Positions 1 to 13,165 of a stretch of 64,000 nucleotides of DNA are shown here, in pieces. This DNA comes from Eledone cirrhosa (lineage: Eukaryota), in the NCBI GenBank assembly GCA_964016885.1, contig OZ024740.1, positions 167,586,001 through 167,650,000 of the forward strand, read 5' to 3'. The notes under the pieces were generated by a model. The model was not told where the DNA came from and did no database searches. It saw only the letters and a program-made list of their open reading frames with translations. A program made the translations under genes and the position numbers. How positions within the stretch are numbered: position 1 is the stretch's first letter; each line of letters starts with the position of its first letter.

Positions 1-445
1 GTCGCTGGTGATGGTGATGGCGGCGGCGGTAGTGGTGGTGGTGGCAGTTGATGTTGTTGTTGTGTTGTGTGCGTGTGTGTGTGTGTGTGTTTTGTTATTT
101 TGAGTTTTTTTGTTTTTGTTTTTTTTTAATCTTTTGATGCCGCTGTTGTTGTAAATGTTCATTTCAGTTCATTCTGAAGCTGTTGTTGCTGTAAACATTA
201 GTGCCGGTGTTGTTGTTGTAGATGTTGGGGTTGAAATCTGGTCGTTTGACTGAGTAATGTATATACACACATATACATACATATATATATATATATACAC
301 ATTCAACAGAGAGTAAAGAGTTTGACAACAGGTCGATGACTTTGGTCTAGATAGGGTAATGACATGTGATGGTGGGAGAGAGTGTAGAAGTTATTGTGGT
401 GGCGGGGGAGAGTGCGATGTATCTAGTTCATTTGACCGTTTTCTT

Positions 446-506
446 CATACATACATACATGATGGCTGCCCCCTCGTTATCGAGTATGGCCATTGCACGA
501 GAAGAC
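446..506 (-). mobile_element. 3' terminus and (ATGT)n tail of the RTE-clade LINE, separated from its body by simple repeats
   Basis: Minus strand reads ...TGGCCATACTCGATAACGAGGGGGCAGCCATC(ATGT)n. This matches the 3' ends at 8167-8200 and 9028-9060 and lies downstream of the RTE ORF on the same strand. Confidence 0.7.
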
Positions 507-559
507 AAAAAAAAAAAAATAATAATAATAATAAATAAATAAAAAAGAAAAAAAAAGAA

Positions 560-590
<31 letters not shown>

Positions 591-782
591 CATACACATA
601 CACACACACACACAAACACACACACACTCACACACACATACACACACACATACATTAATAACAATAATAATAACAATAATAACAACAACAATAATAATAA
701 CGACAACAACAATAATGATATACATATACATATATATATACACACACACGCACACACATAAGCATATCTACACACACACACA

Positions 783-1785
783 CGATAGCAACTAACAGCG
801 CTGTGATCGAATGTGGCTTTTTAGCCCAGCCAATGATCAAAAATGTCTTGCACAGAGTCGGCAACCAAAACATTCACTGGGAATAGTCGGCTGTGGTTGG
901 AGTTCGTGTACTTTTGCATGTCGCTTGAGCCCTCCTGCTGATTTACATTCTCTACCACATGTTTGGCAAGCATGATGAGTAGCATCTCCAACAGCAGCCT
1001 GGTAGTCAACCACTGGTCTTACTTTATGACTGCGAAGATGACTTTCGAGTCCAGCTTTGCTTAGGCAGAGTCTCGCACATACGCTGCATGTCAGCACCAT
1101 AGGAGGACCCTCGCCGTCTGGAAGTGCAACAGCAATGCCCTTCCTCACATCCCGCTTTACTTTCTCGTATGCGATTCGAGATGCCTCAAAGGCAACTTTT
1201 CCCTCATATACAGTCTTTCTCCATTTATTACGATCAGCAGCAATATTCTCCCATGTATCAGCAGAGATGTTAGCGTCTTTCAGAGAGGCTTTCTAGGAAT
1301 ACCTCGTTTTTTTTATATGGCGGTCGTTTTCCTTTAACCAACTCTCCATAAAAGAGTTGTTTTGGTATTCTAGAATCCTTCATCCTGGCAAGGTGGCCAC
1401 TCCAACGGAGTCGTTGCTTAAGCACAAGAGCTTCTATACTGTCACACATAGAGCTTTCCAAAATCTCGACATCACTGATGTGGTCCCTCCAGTGAACGCC
1501 ATGGATCCGTCTGAGACACATCTGATGGAAACGCTCCAATTGCTTAAGGTGGGGTCGATATGTGACCCAGGTCTCGCAGGCATAAAGAAGACAAGAGAGC
1601 ACACATGCTCTGTACACCTTTACCTTTGTCCTCCTGCATATGTCTCGCCGACCCCAGAGTCGCCTTTCTAGCTTTCCGAAAGCATCACTTGCTTTCCTAA
1701 TCCTAAGTGAGATTTCACTGTCAAGTTTGCTGTATCGATTGACAGTGCTTCCCAGGTAGACAAACTGATCAACCACTCCAAGTCG

Positions 1786-1788
<3 letters not shown>
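783..1788 (-). mobile_element. 5'-truncated RTE-clade LINE: post-RT region plus C-terminal C2H2 zinc fingers (frameshifted)
   Basis: ORF 1270-1776 has RTE-typical motifs (VDQFVYLGS, RIRKASDAFGKL, TKVKVYRACVLSCLLYACETW, RLRWSGHLARM..RIPKQLFYGEL). ORF 837-1148 has CxxC..HxxxH fingers (CSVCARLCLSKAGLESHLRSH; CQTCGRECKSAGGLKRHAKVH). Confidence 0.9.
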
Positions 1789-1816
<28 letters not shown>

Positions 1817-2039
1817 CATACATACATACATACATACATACATACATACATACATACATACATACATACATACATAATACATACATACATACTTTTTAGT
1901 ATGTGTAACAAGGAACGCATAACTGTGGAATCCAACACCGGAATGATAAAATATGATCTTCTTAACACTCCGCGCACGATAAATCAATGACCCACAATCT
2001 ATTTGCTGTGTCTGTCCTGGCAACAGCATTTGGAATACA

Positions 2040-3030
2040 TGATTGCGCGTTAAATTAAGTCCTGGCCATCGATGTTTAAACCCGAAATATCCTAAACAGC
2101 ATTGTAAATTTTCACATCAACAGTGACATAATCTACTTTTACTTAAAACGTAAACAGGGAGGCAGGATTTTAACTCCAGTACAAGCAGCATTTGAATGTC
2201 TTATCCACTACGAACCACGAAGCATAGGATCCCTTCTATTGAACAAGGCTACCTACATGAGACAGATAACATCATGAGAGTTTACAAGGAGCTCCTTGTA
2301 AATACTTCCTGCATGATAACCAAAAACTCACAACCCGGAAAATTGCACAGCAATACCACAATGGATCCATCAATAAAATAAACTGCATGCTTATTGGCAA
2401 AATATCATGCATTGCTATGTTGCCAGGATGCTCCGAAGTGAGAATAATACAGATAAGAACAACCGCTATGGATATACTTTTCGCAATCCACAAAATGCCT
2501 AATTCACAAACGAGATAGGGATGCACTCAAAACATCTAGATATGAAAACAGTTACATACACTGTTGAACTAACATTGCAGATACAGTCCGTAGAGAGGAT
2601 AGGTCCTGAAATAAACATATAAAACATTGTAGCCATTTGGAAGACATATATATACATAATATGTATGTGGCAGTCAAAACCACAATAAAATGAAAACACA
2701 ACAAACTAAATATAGTGATATAGAACAGAGAAGAGAAGGATGCACAATAGTGGAGGTTAGCTGCCCATCACTATGACGTTAAAGAAACGTGAAAAGCAGA
2801 ACATTGTCACTGAGATAAAGAGGAATCTGCAGATATTCCACCCTGAATATTCCTTTAGATGTGGACCCATAATCATTGGGACTCGGAAATATGTTAGTAA
2901 CTGCCACAAAACAAATCTTGAGAAGTTGGGCTTCACAGAAATTGAAAGGATACGGCTAGTTAGAAATTTGCAACTACCGTCAATTAATGTAACTATAAAG
3001 ATGGTAAAACATTTCAGAAATTCTCCATGT
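2040..3030 (+). mobile_element. Decayed non-LTR retrotransposon 3' region, R4/Dong-like with restriction-like endonuclease
   Basis: Broken frames give FHINSDIIYFYLKRKQGGR (cf. LHPxSDxxRLYLxRKxGGRGL), a DIVIxNxEEKxCTIVEVSCP-like remnant near 2710-2770, and RNLQIFHPEYSFRCGPIIIG..TNLEKLGF (ORF 2773-3090). Confidence 0.6.
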
Positions 3031-3175
3031 ATTAACTGCATATACACGTTTTCATACAGAAATATATGTACATGTACACATATAACTTAAAGCATGCATA
3101 TCAAAACATAACATTCATACGTGTGCACACACAAACACGCACACACACACACACACGCGCACGCCCACACACTCT

Positions 3176-3221
<46 letters not shown>

Positions 3222-3225
3222 AACA

Positions 3226-3279
<54 letters not shown>

Positions 3280-3844
3280 TACGCAGACATACGTATTTAC
3301 ATATTTGATGCTGTCTATATTCCAATGAAAAAGTATTCTGTCAATGTTAGAAACCGACTCGCTTTAGTTGAAATCTTCTAAAATAATAAAACCAGATGAA
3401 CATATATAAATATATGCATACATAAATACACATACATACAATCAAACATACATACACATATATACATAGAATACATATATACATAGATGCATATATAAAT
3501 ATATATACATATACATATATTCACACGGACATATATATAAATACGCATTCATACATTCATACACTCATAAATATACACAAAATATATATTTTAAAATAGA
3601 GGAAACCACAACCGGCAAATAAACATAAATACACAAACATCTGCATGAAACCAAACGCACACACAAATACACATACTTATATGTATGGGTGTGTGTGTGT
3701 GTGTATGTGCATGTCTATATGTAGGCGTATACATTTAGTGCATTACAATCTATTTTCATCTCAGGTTTTCCCCTCACTGTCATTCTCTAGAATTATGATC
3801 CTCCCCCTATTTCCCTCTCACTGTCTCTCTTTCTCTCTCTCCCC

Positions 3845-3921
<77 letters not shown>

Positions 3922-3974
3922 ACTTCAGGAAATATAGAGGGGAACGATCATAATTATAGAGAATGATATGTATG

Positions 3975-4036
<62 letters not shown>

Positions 4037-4092
4037 TACATATATATACATATATATATATATATATGTGTGTGTGTCTGTGTGTATGTATA

Positions 4093-4201
<109 letters not shown>

Positions 4202-4442
4202 TCGTAGATATGTATATATATACATATATGCATCTAGCTATCTACACATGAAGCATTAAGCGCCATACATCAACCAGCAAATGATGTCGGCATCCTTTGA
4301 TCTTCAACTTCCATACCGACATCCTATCCTCATACACAATCACCCACACTCACATACCACAACTACTTACACGTTTCCATTAATATATGCGTTATGTATA
4401 AATATATATATATATATATGTATAAATATTATATATATATAT

Positions 4443-4630
4443 GTGGATTGACAGTATCGGTAGAGGGTCGGACACCGTGCTTTGTAGCATAGAGTTACGG
4501 CCCTTTATGATCTGAGTTCAAATCCCGTCGAGGTTTAATTTGCCTTTCATTCTTACGGGGTCGATAAAATAACGTACCAGTAATACACTGTGATAATTGC
4601 TGGCCTTGTGCCAAAAATAGAAACAATGAT
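4443..4630 (+). mobile_element. tRNA-derived SINE (about 190 bp), near full length
   Basis: A-box-like GGATTGACAGTATCGG, B-box GAGTTCAAATCCC, central TTTGCCTTTCATTCTTACGGGGTCGATAAAATAACGTACCAGT, 3' GGCCTTGTGCCAAAAATAGAAAC. Many copies occur in the window. Confidence 0.85.
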
Positions 4631-4717
4631 ATATATATATATATGTATGTATATAGGTATATATTACAGATATATATGTAAACATGTATATATATTATAC
4701 ACACACATATATATATT

Positions 4718-4753
<36 letters not shown>

Positions 4754-5077
4754 CGTGTGTGTGTGTGTGCGTGTGTGTGTGTTTGTTTGTAAGTGTTGGT
4801 GTATAGATAATAAAAAAAACGACGAAGTTTCGTTCACCTGTGATTCTATATTTTTTTTTAATATGCTTGTAGAATCATCAGTTATTGATGACCGTGAGCT
4901 AATCATCTGCGAAACGAGTGTAGCAGCTCAATACTAAAACACATAAATACTTGTAAACGAAACGTATTTTTTTTTTGTGTACGTACTTTGCCCGTACATT
5001 GAATGCTCATATTGGTAACTCCACCAGTAATTCACTGAATCAGTTTCACTACACACACACACACACAGACACACACT

Positions 5078-5128
<51 letters not shown>

Positions 5129-5135
5129 ATATATG

Positions 5136-5190
<55 letters not shown>

Positions 5191-5847
5191 TTCTTCCTAA
5201 TAATTGTCTTTTTCTGACTGTTTTCATATATATATATGAACCTACATACACGTATGCACTTTTACATATATGTATTTAGGTTCTTTGGCATTTCCCATAT
5301 AAAAGTTTGCAACGCCGTCTTTCTTCTCATTAGATTCTCATTTAAAATGGGAATGAAGAAAATATTTATGTTAATACCTAATACTAGGCGCCAAACTGTT
5401 TCTTAATTCCATATATTAATACTATTCTGGATGTGGGAATTAAAATATTTTTTTATTCGTTTTTTTCTTTACTACTATTAGTAATATATACATATAAATC
5501 TGTGTGCGTGCGTATTTGTATATATATATATATTATGTATATATTATATACATATATATGTATGTGTGTATGTGTGTATGTGTGGGTGTGTGTGTAATGC
5601 GAGACAAACTACAACAGAAACACAAACCCACCATCTCAGCTTTACTTTTGAAAATCATAAGAACTGTGAAACCGGTAAAGTAAATAAATAAACATTATTA
5701 AAAGAATCCGGCTGCATTTTCAATTTCTTTTTCTTATACTTTCACCCCTGTACGACATGTTGTTTTTTCTTATTGTTTTAAAAAAAAACAACAACCTTAT
5801 TTTCTTATATGTATGTGTGTTTGTGTGTGTGGCGTGTGTGTAACTTT

Positions 5848-7065
5848 GATAGGATTCGGCCAGTAATGGCTCAGGCCATGTCTAACTTAATAGCACTATA
5901 GGATGTTTATCTGGTATTGCTTGAAGCAATTTATCCAAAGACTTCTTGAGCTTCATGAGGTCTGTTACTGTTTTAATGTGTTTTGGTGTAATGTTAAAGA
6001 GAGTGGGGCCAATTGAGGTGAAATCATTGTGTAGTATTCATGTTATTAGATGTGAGTTGGATTTCAATTGTGGGTGAATAGCATGGTGCCCAAGCCTTGG
6101 GTGCAATTTAAAGGTGATGCCAACATCATTTTGGCAATGCTGATGGAATAATGTCCATTTCATGCAGATAATGTAGTGCTCACGGCGGCGTTGGAGAGAA
6201 TAATTTGAGTTTCTAGTCGACCCAATAGTCAAGGCCTGATATGCCATTTATCCTTTTGGGGATTGACATTTGAGGAGCTTCAATGTTCATGATACTTTGT
6301 TTCGTGTTAGGAGACCACATTGGACAACAGTATTAAAGGTGGGGTCAGGCATAAGTGGAGATATCTCTCGACTAGAAGGTTCTGAGAATCCAGGAACACA
6401 TTCTGCGGACCTTGTCAAATTTGCTGTTTATATGAGCGGCCCAGTTTATGTTGCTGTCTACAATTACTCCCAAATCTCTGGTGTTGTTGGATGCCTCGAG
6501 AGTTTCACCTGAAGGATGGGAGTATAGGAGTTTCAGGGCACCCTCTTTTCCAAATTGGATTAACTCTAATTTATCCTCGTTCAGCAGCATATTGTTCTTT
6601 TCCGCCCTTTGGATAGCAGCCAGTAGATGTGATTGGAGTCAACCCCTTCATAGATGACCTTCTCGAGCTTGGAATCATCTGCGAAGATACTTATGTTGCC
6701 ATGCTTGATGATGTCAGTAATGTAATTAATATAGATAATGAAAAGAACTTGACCCAACGCAATGCCTTGTGGCACACCACTACTGACTTTGGCTGGGCTG
6801 GATTTTACTACTTCGACTACATGTTGGAAACACTTGATCCACTGCAGCAACTTTCCAGTGACAATGACTTTCGATGGTTTTCTCAGTAGAATGTTGTGAT
6901 TAATACTGTCAAAGGCCTTGCTGAAATCGAGGTAGATAACATCAGTTTTGGGGCCTTGTCCCAAACCTCTCAAAATGTCATCAAAGTGATGCAGTAGCTA
7001 CGTTAGGCAATCCCTTCCATTATGGAACCCATGCTGTTTGGAATTCAGAAGATTGATGCTTTCAA
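5848..7065 (-). mobile_element. CR1/L2(Jockey)-group LINE, reverse transcriptase and 3' end, degraded
   Basis: QHGF..DVIYLDFSKAFDSINH..LLQWIKCF..SGVPQG..LFIIYIN..FADDSKL; LLNEDKLELI..RDLGVIVD; YSLQRRREHYII. Multiple frameshifts. Confidence 0.9.
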
Positions 7066-7119
7066 GAAAGTGAGTTATTCGTGATCTCACCATATTCAGA
7101 ACGCAAGCGAGGAATATAC

Positions 7120-7208
7120 TTATATATATAGATATATATGTGTGTATGTATGTATGTATGTATGTATGCATGTATGTATGTATGTATGTATGTATGTATG
7201 TATGTATG

Positions 7209-7274
<66 letters not shown>

Positions 7275-7412
7275 TATATGTATGTGTATGTATGTGTATG
7301 TATATATATGTGTGTATGTATGTGTGTATGTATATATATGTATGTATGTATGTATGTATATATGTATGTATGTATATATATGTATGTATGTATGTATGTA
7401 TATGTATGTATG

Positions 7413-7446
<34 letters not shown>

Positions 7447-7480
7447 TGTATGTATATATATATATGTATATATATATATG

Positions 7481-7511
<31 letters not shown>

Positions 7512-7512
7512 G

Positions 7513-7559
<47 letters not shown>

Positions 7560-7787
7560 GTATATATATATATATGTATATATATATATGTATATATATA
7601 TATGTATGTATGTATATGTATGTATGTATGTATATATATATGTATATATATGTATATATATATATATGTATATATATATATGTATGTATGTATATGTATG
7701 TATGTATGTATATATATATATATGTATATATGTATGTATGTATATGTATGTATGTATATGTATGTATGTATGTATATATATATATAT
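7120..7787. repeat. Long compound (TA)n/(TATG)n microsatellite
   Basis: Direct reading. It is representative of dozens of (TA)n, (CA)n, (GA)n, (GAA)n and (TAG)n tracts across the window. Confidence 0.98.
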
Positions 7788-8235
7788 GTCCGGGAGAGAT
7801 GACCCCTTAGCCTTTGTCAAGGCAGAATTCTAGGAGAAGGAAAACTCTGATATAACACCTGCAACCCTGATGGTATCCAATGATGTTGACTAGTTCTTCT
7901 TTTTGGTAAATATCATCTTGGTTAAGAGAGTGGGACTGGCTTTGTGCAGTGCCTTTGCTCACTATAAAAGCTTCACAGCACAGGCATTGCTTTATATCTG
8001 GAGATCTCTCTGCATTTGTCATCACGTGGTACCATGGGCCCAACACTATGTGTCAATAATTGTCACAAGTGTAGTGATTGTGCCAGTTTTCAAGTCGCTG
8101 GCTGGACTAAAAAGTCACACTCGTTCAGCGCATCGGTAGGGGTTCTCCTACATGGATATAAAGTAGTGGCCGTACTCGAAAACGAGTTGGCAGCCACCAT
8201 GTATGTATGTATGTATGTATGTATGTATGTATGTA
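7788..8235 (+). mobile_element. 5'-truncated copy of a non-autonomous RTE-derived element
   Basis: Near-identical direct repeat of 8648-9060. Contains the RTE 5'UTR-like motif CTAGGAGAAGGAAAACTCTGAT and a terminal zinc-finger remnant FKSLAGLKSHTRSAHR*, with an (ATGT)n tail. Confidence 0.75.
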
Positions 8236-8302
8236 TGTATGTATGTACGTATGTATGTGTATATATATATATCAGGCATATATATATATATGTATACATA
8301 TA

Positions 8303-9060
8303 TGTCAGGTCACCAGTTGGTGCTACTGGTAACATGTATCCCAGTACAACCTGTCTCATGGTCGGGTCGTTGGCGACTAAACTGGCAACCCCACCAAGGT
8401 TTCTTGGTGAGCAGGGTAACTTTGGACATCCTGCAGGACTAAAAACTACATGTCAGGTCACCAGTAGGTGCTACTGGTAAAATGTATCCCAGTACAACCT
8501 GCCTCATGGTCGGGTCGTTGGCGACTAAACTGGCAACCCCACCAAGGTTTCATGGTGAGGAGGGTGACTTTGGACACCCTGCAGCACTAAAAACAAAACC
8601 TGTCAAAGGGCAAAGGAGCTCTTAAGAGTCAATGGCCATCCAAAATCACCGGGAGAGATGACCCCTTATCCTTTGTCAAGGCAGAATTCTAGGAGAAGGA
8701 AAACTCTGATATAACACCTGCAACCCTGATGGTATCCAATGATGTTGACTTGTTCTTCTTTTTGGTAAATATCATCTTGGTTAAGAAAGTGGGACTGGCT
8801 TTGTGCAGTGCCTTTGCTCACTATAAAAGCTTCACGGCACAGGCATTGCTTTATATCTGGAGATCTCTCTGCAATTGTCGTCACATGGTACCATGGGCCC
8901 AGCACTATGTGTCAATAATTGTCACAAGTGCAGTGTTTGTACCAGAGTTTTCAAGTCGCTGGCTGGACTAAAAAAGTCACACTCGTTCAGCGCATCAGTA
9001 GGGGTTCTCCTACATGGATATGAAGTAGTGGCGGTACTCGAAAATGAGTTGGCAGCCATC
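8303..9060 (+). mobile_element. Non-autonomous bipartite RTE-derived element (about 610 bp, 8452-9060) preceded by a tandem duplicate of its first 148 bp
   Basis: 8303-8451 repeats as 8452-8600. 8648-9060 repeats 7788-8200. The 3' end matches the RTE LINE at 446-506 and 783-860. Confidence 0.75.
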
Positions 9061-9137
9061 ATATATATATATGATTATTACTGGGATTCTATAAGAATCC
9101 AGCTTCTATAATTTTCCGCGAAATCAGGGTAGTACGT

Positions 9138-9179
9138 GGCTCTGATGAATGCCAACCAGCGTGAAACAGACTGTCAGCT
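9138..9179 (+). ncRNA. Minimal type-I hammerhead ribozyme, canonical core
   Basis: GGCT-CTGATGA-ATGC(caacca)GCGT-GAAA-CAG(a)CTG-TC-AGCT: stems I, II and III pair, with a GUC cleavage triplet. Confidence 0.8.
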
Positions 9180-9377
9180 TCTTTGCCCGAAAAGATGTAA
9201 ATGACATAGTCACTACTTTAAAACTGATAGCGTAAGGTCTTCTAAATGTTTTTAATTAAACATACGGTATATTGCCAAATATACTATACATACATTCATG
9301 TATACACCTTTATTTAAGACCACCAATCCTAATATATATATAAGCTATTTAGAACACTGGTTTAACCGCTCTACTTC

Positions 9378-9412
9378 CCTCCGAAGAAGAGATATTATCT
9401 CGAAAATTAAGG
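9378..9412 (+). ncRNA. Ultra-minimal hammerhead-like motif with CCGAAGA core
   Basis: CCT-CCGAAGA-a-GAGAT(att)ATCTC-GAA-AATT-A-AGG. It lies in a repeat (9342-9530) also present at 52677-52860. Confidence 0.55.
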
Positions 9413-9537
9413 ACATTTAAATAAATCTAAGATAAAAGATTAATTGTCAACAATATCTTTTGCATTTGCATTCTTTATTATATGTCCATACCTGCATTGT
9501 TTTGGCTTTATTATACATATACAAACGTTTATATATT

Positions 9538-9574
<37 letters not shown>

Positions 9575-9591
9575 ATATATATACATATATA

Positions 9592-10395
9592 TATCATAAA
9601 TCATGTCTTTAGAATCATCAGATAAAATATATACTATTTCTTCTTCTAATTAGCATAATTAACCATATAAAAAATCAATTATATCAAGCTATAAGAAGAA
9701 AGGCTCTTATGGAGAAATCTCTGACAAATAACCGAACGTAGCCTCTTCGCAGCGGCCCCGATCGAGTATTTATCCAACATTTCGACAGCATGTAGAAACC
9801 GACTAAATATATCATCAACCATACACAATTAGGTGTAAAATTAAACTTAGAAGAAATGCGTACATACCGTAATTATATCTCTACCATGGTTTCTTCCTTA
9901 TTTTTAGACATCCAAATAATAGGAATGTCCTGAGTTAGGATTCATCAGGAGACAAACTCAAAATCAGACATCTAGTTTTTCAATCCGATCCCGCCAAAAA
10001 TAGATTCAAAAATGGCTAAGAATCGCTATGTGGTCAAGCCAGAAAGAATGTGATTGGTTGCTTACGGCGGGTAGGCTTGCTGCTAGAAAGCGCAGCCAAA
10101 TATCGCCAAATTTAATCTCAACCTATCGGGAGATTATTAAATATAAAGGTTAACATATACATAAAGTTATAGATATATACATGTTGCAACTGGTCACTTT
10201 TAAGCTTTATGAAGAATTAATAAATTAAAAAATCAGAGCAATATATCATAAATCATGTCTTTAGAATCATCAAATAAAATATATACTATTTCTTCTTCTA
10301 ATTAGCATAATTAACCATATAAAAAATCAATTATATCAAGCTATAAGAAGAAAGGCTCTTATGGAGAAATCTCCGACAAATAACCGAACGTAGCC
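9592..10395 (-). repeat. About 150 bp direct repeats (9592-9745, 10243-10395) flanking about 500 bp; PLE-like partial tandem
   Basis: Near-identical copies. The minus strand contains ATTTTAT-CTGATGA, the same HHR 5' half as at 13268 and 41046. Confidence 0.6.
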
Positions 10396-10407
10396 TATAT
10401 ATATATA

Positions 10408-10760
10408 TTGAATACATAAGAATCAAAGGTATGTTAAAACATTTATTCGCTGACAATTGTTTCTTCCAAACCTAGGCTTGGTGTCTTCGGACCATTTTTA
10501 ATGTTTGTACATATAATTGACCTCCTACTCAACCGAAGAAACATACAGATATATATATATATTATATAATAGACTCCAAGCCTAGGTTTGGAAGAAACAA
10601 TTGTCAGTGAATAAATGTTTTAACATAACTTTGATTCTTGTGTATTCAACGTTACTACTCTGTAAAACAACTGATGTTCTTACATTGAGCTATTTATCTT
10701 ACTGGTAATAAGGTAGTAATAAATTACTGACCTTCACTGTTTATAGTGGTTTATAGTATA
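10408..10760. mobile_element. Hairpin insertion (arms 10408-10487 and 10571-10649) with CCGAAGA-core hammerhead at 10448-10494 (-)
   Basis: Inverted arms. Minus strand reads CCGAAGA-caCCAAGCC(ta)GGTTTGGaa-GAAA-CAATTG-TC-AGCG. Flanked by TA repeats. Confidence 0.7.
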
Positions 10761-11448
10761 GTATATACATAACTATAAATAGTATCATTAATATTATATA
10801 TATGTATATATATATATATATATACGTACTTACGTTTGCGTGCGTATGCATATGTATGCATGTATTATTAAGAATGGTTTTTCGATAGCTTCAGAGAAGA
10901 AACCTTAGTTAAAGGAGATATTTAATACATTAGTAGAAAAGATACATATTCCTTTTTACATATAAGAGATTTGATACGAATGAAACTGTTGTAGTCCTGT
11001 AGAAGTCGATGTCCTATACATGTATATATATATATATATATTGGTAAACGAAATAGAAAATGCTGACAAATTGTTCACAGTGAAAAATATTTTAATTAGG
11101 AATAAGTGAGAATTAGTAATTGTATTGGTTAGTATTCAGTTTTGGTTTTAAGTTTTACCGGTTGCGCATTTCTAATGCTTTTCAAAAATAATTTGGAGAT
11201 AGAGCGTCCGTGATGTTTGCTCTGATCTGATTAGTTTTGGGAATTCTACCTGTTTTTATGTTAAAAAAGTGGCTCCAGCGGTATTAAAATAAGTTTTGCG
11301 CCAATTCGTGTTGCAAAAATTATTGTGGTCAAAACAATTTTGATTGGTCGGTAGAGGTCATGTGAATGTAAAAAATTGATTTTGCGCCAAATGTAGGTTT
11401 GTGTCGGCTGACTGAGAAACAGACAAACACAGCTCTCAATTCTTCTCA

Positions 11449-11497
<49 letters not shown>

Positions 11498-11646
11498 ATA
11501 GAGTGAATAATAACATGGCCAGCTGTACAAAAACAAAAAGGGTTTTATTTACAGTTAAAACTGACCATAGTACAGAGTACTCGCAACCTCTAACTGCATT
11601 ACCTAAAACGATAACTTTTTATCCCATATATATATATATGTGTGTG

Positions 11647-11705
<59 letters not shown>

Positions 11706-11949
11706 AGAAGAAGAAGAAGAAGAAGAAGAAGAAGAAGAAGAAGAAGGGAAAAGCACCATCGTTACATTCACTCCCTCCAATCCCACTATCGTTATTACTA
11801 CTAATGTTGTTGTTTGCGATGTTAATAGTAGTAGTAGTTGTATTAGTAGTAGCTTTTGTTTATGCTACCAGCTTTTATTAAATCTCATCAGGTCTCCAGT
11901 ACTTTTCATTATAATATTCTCATTTCCAAAGATAGGAATTTCCTCGTGA

Positions 11950-12560
11950 TTTTTTTATATTTGATTTTCAATTTTAATATTTCAAGCGAATAATAGTATT
12001 TGGAAAAGATTAAACTTGGTGCTCTCGTTATAATGCACTTGTTGTTCTTACTCCACACTGTAAGCTTTAATTTGTTGCCCATCTTCAGGATTTGCTTTGT
12101 AAATAATATTGTGTCTAGCCATTCTAGGCGAATTGTTCATAAAAGATCGATACATAACTCTGTTGTCTAACGTAATGACTGCTCTAATGTTTGTACTACA
12201 CATTCCTAGCTAACAAAAAAATGCAGTCGACTAAGCTGTTCTAAATCTTACTATACTTATTCATAGATTTTCAAGTTTTTCAATTAAATATTGGTAGATT
12301 TCAAAGAAACTTGACTTGAACTGAATATTTTTTGCATATATTCCAATATTATGTTACAACACCACGTGTCATAACGATTTACATTATCCCTGTGTATAAA
12401 GCTACTGGTGAAATCAGCCTTCTCTCCAGAAATAAAAGTTTTATATTATCACCGATGTCGAATATATTTCTTATTAAGTCATTTAATTTGGAATGCTACG
12501 AGCTACCCCATTTAAATAACTGCGCGGTATATTACTTTAATCTAATCATTCAATTATTTA
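11950..12560 (-). pseudogene. Highly decayed piggyBac-like transposase fragment
   Basis: Broken minus frames: ALYTGIM..YW, MNKYSKI, TQYYLQSKS*RWATN*SLQCGV (cf. piggyBac KQYxPxKPxRWGxKxxxLC). Confidence 0.4.
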
Positions 12561-13091
12561 ATATATTTTGTGTACATTTCTACGTTGGATCTATAGTTTC
12601 CTTTGTCTTTATTAGAGAGATAGCTATTCCAGGATGCTGTTTTCATAATCAAATGCTCTACATTGGATGTTTATCCCTACCATTTCAAGCTCCGATAAAA
12701 TGCATAAACTTCAAGCCTTCGTAAAAAGCAATCATTTTCCTAGATTAATGATAACGTAATCTGGTATGTATTACTTAAGATATTTAACATTGTCAAAGGC
12801 TGCCATCTATTAATCGCACGTTTTAATCCTTCCTAGAGTGGGCAATATAGCACATTTTCCAAATATAATTACGTTAACACTTGCTAAGGCAACTGCTGTA
12901 CAGAGGCCGTAAACTTGAAACTGTACAGTTCGCGTCTATACATGTAAACACATGAAGCTTTTCCTCTACTAATTAACGAAAAGTGTCCACTCTGAGTTAA
13001 AAGTCCGCATTTACAACAAACAATTTTTTTTTAAATAATCGAGTGAGCGCATTGTGGCCGTAGAGAAACGGATTATATAGGATTAACTTCG

Positions 13092-13160
<69 letters not shown>

Positions 13161-13165
<5 letters not shown>

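Noticed and set aside
4443-4530. tRNA gene
   Set aside because: The A/B-box-like head belongs to a dispersed SINE with no complete cloverleaf.
4875-4930. Further hammerhead-like remnants (also about 10890-11005, 13910-14065, 14255-14325)
   Set aside because: A core or GAAA..UH half is visible but the stems are too degraded to support a call.
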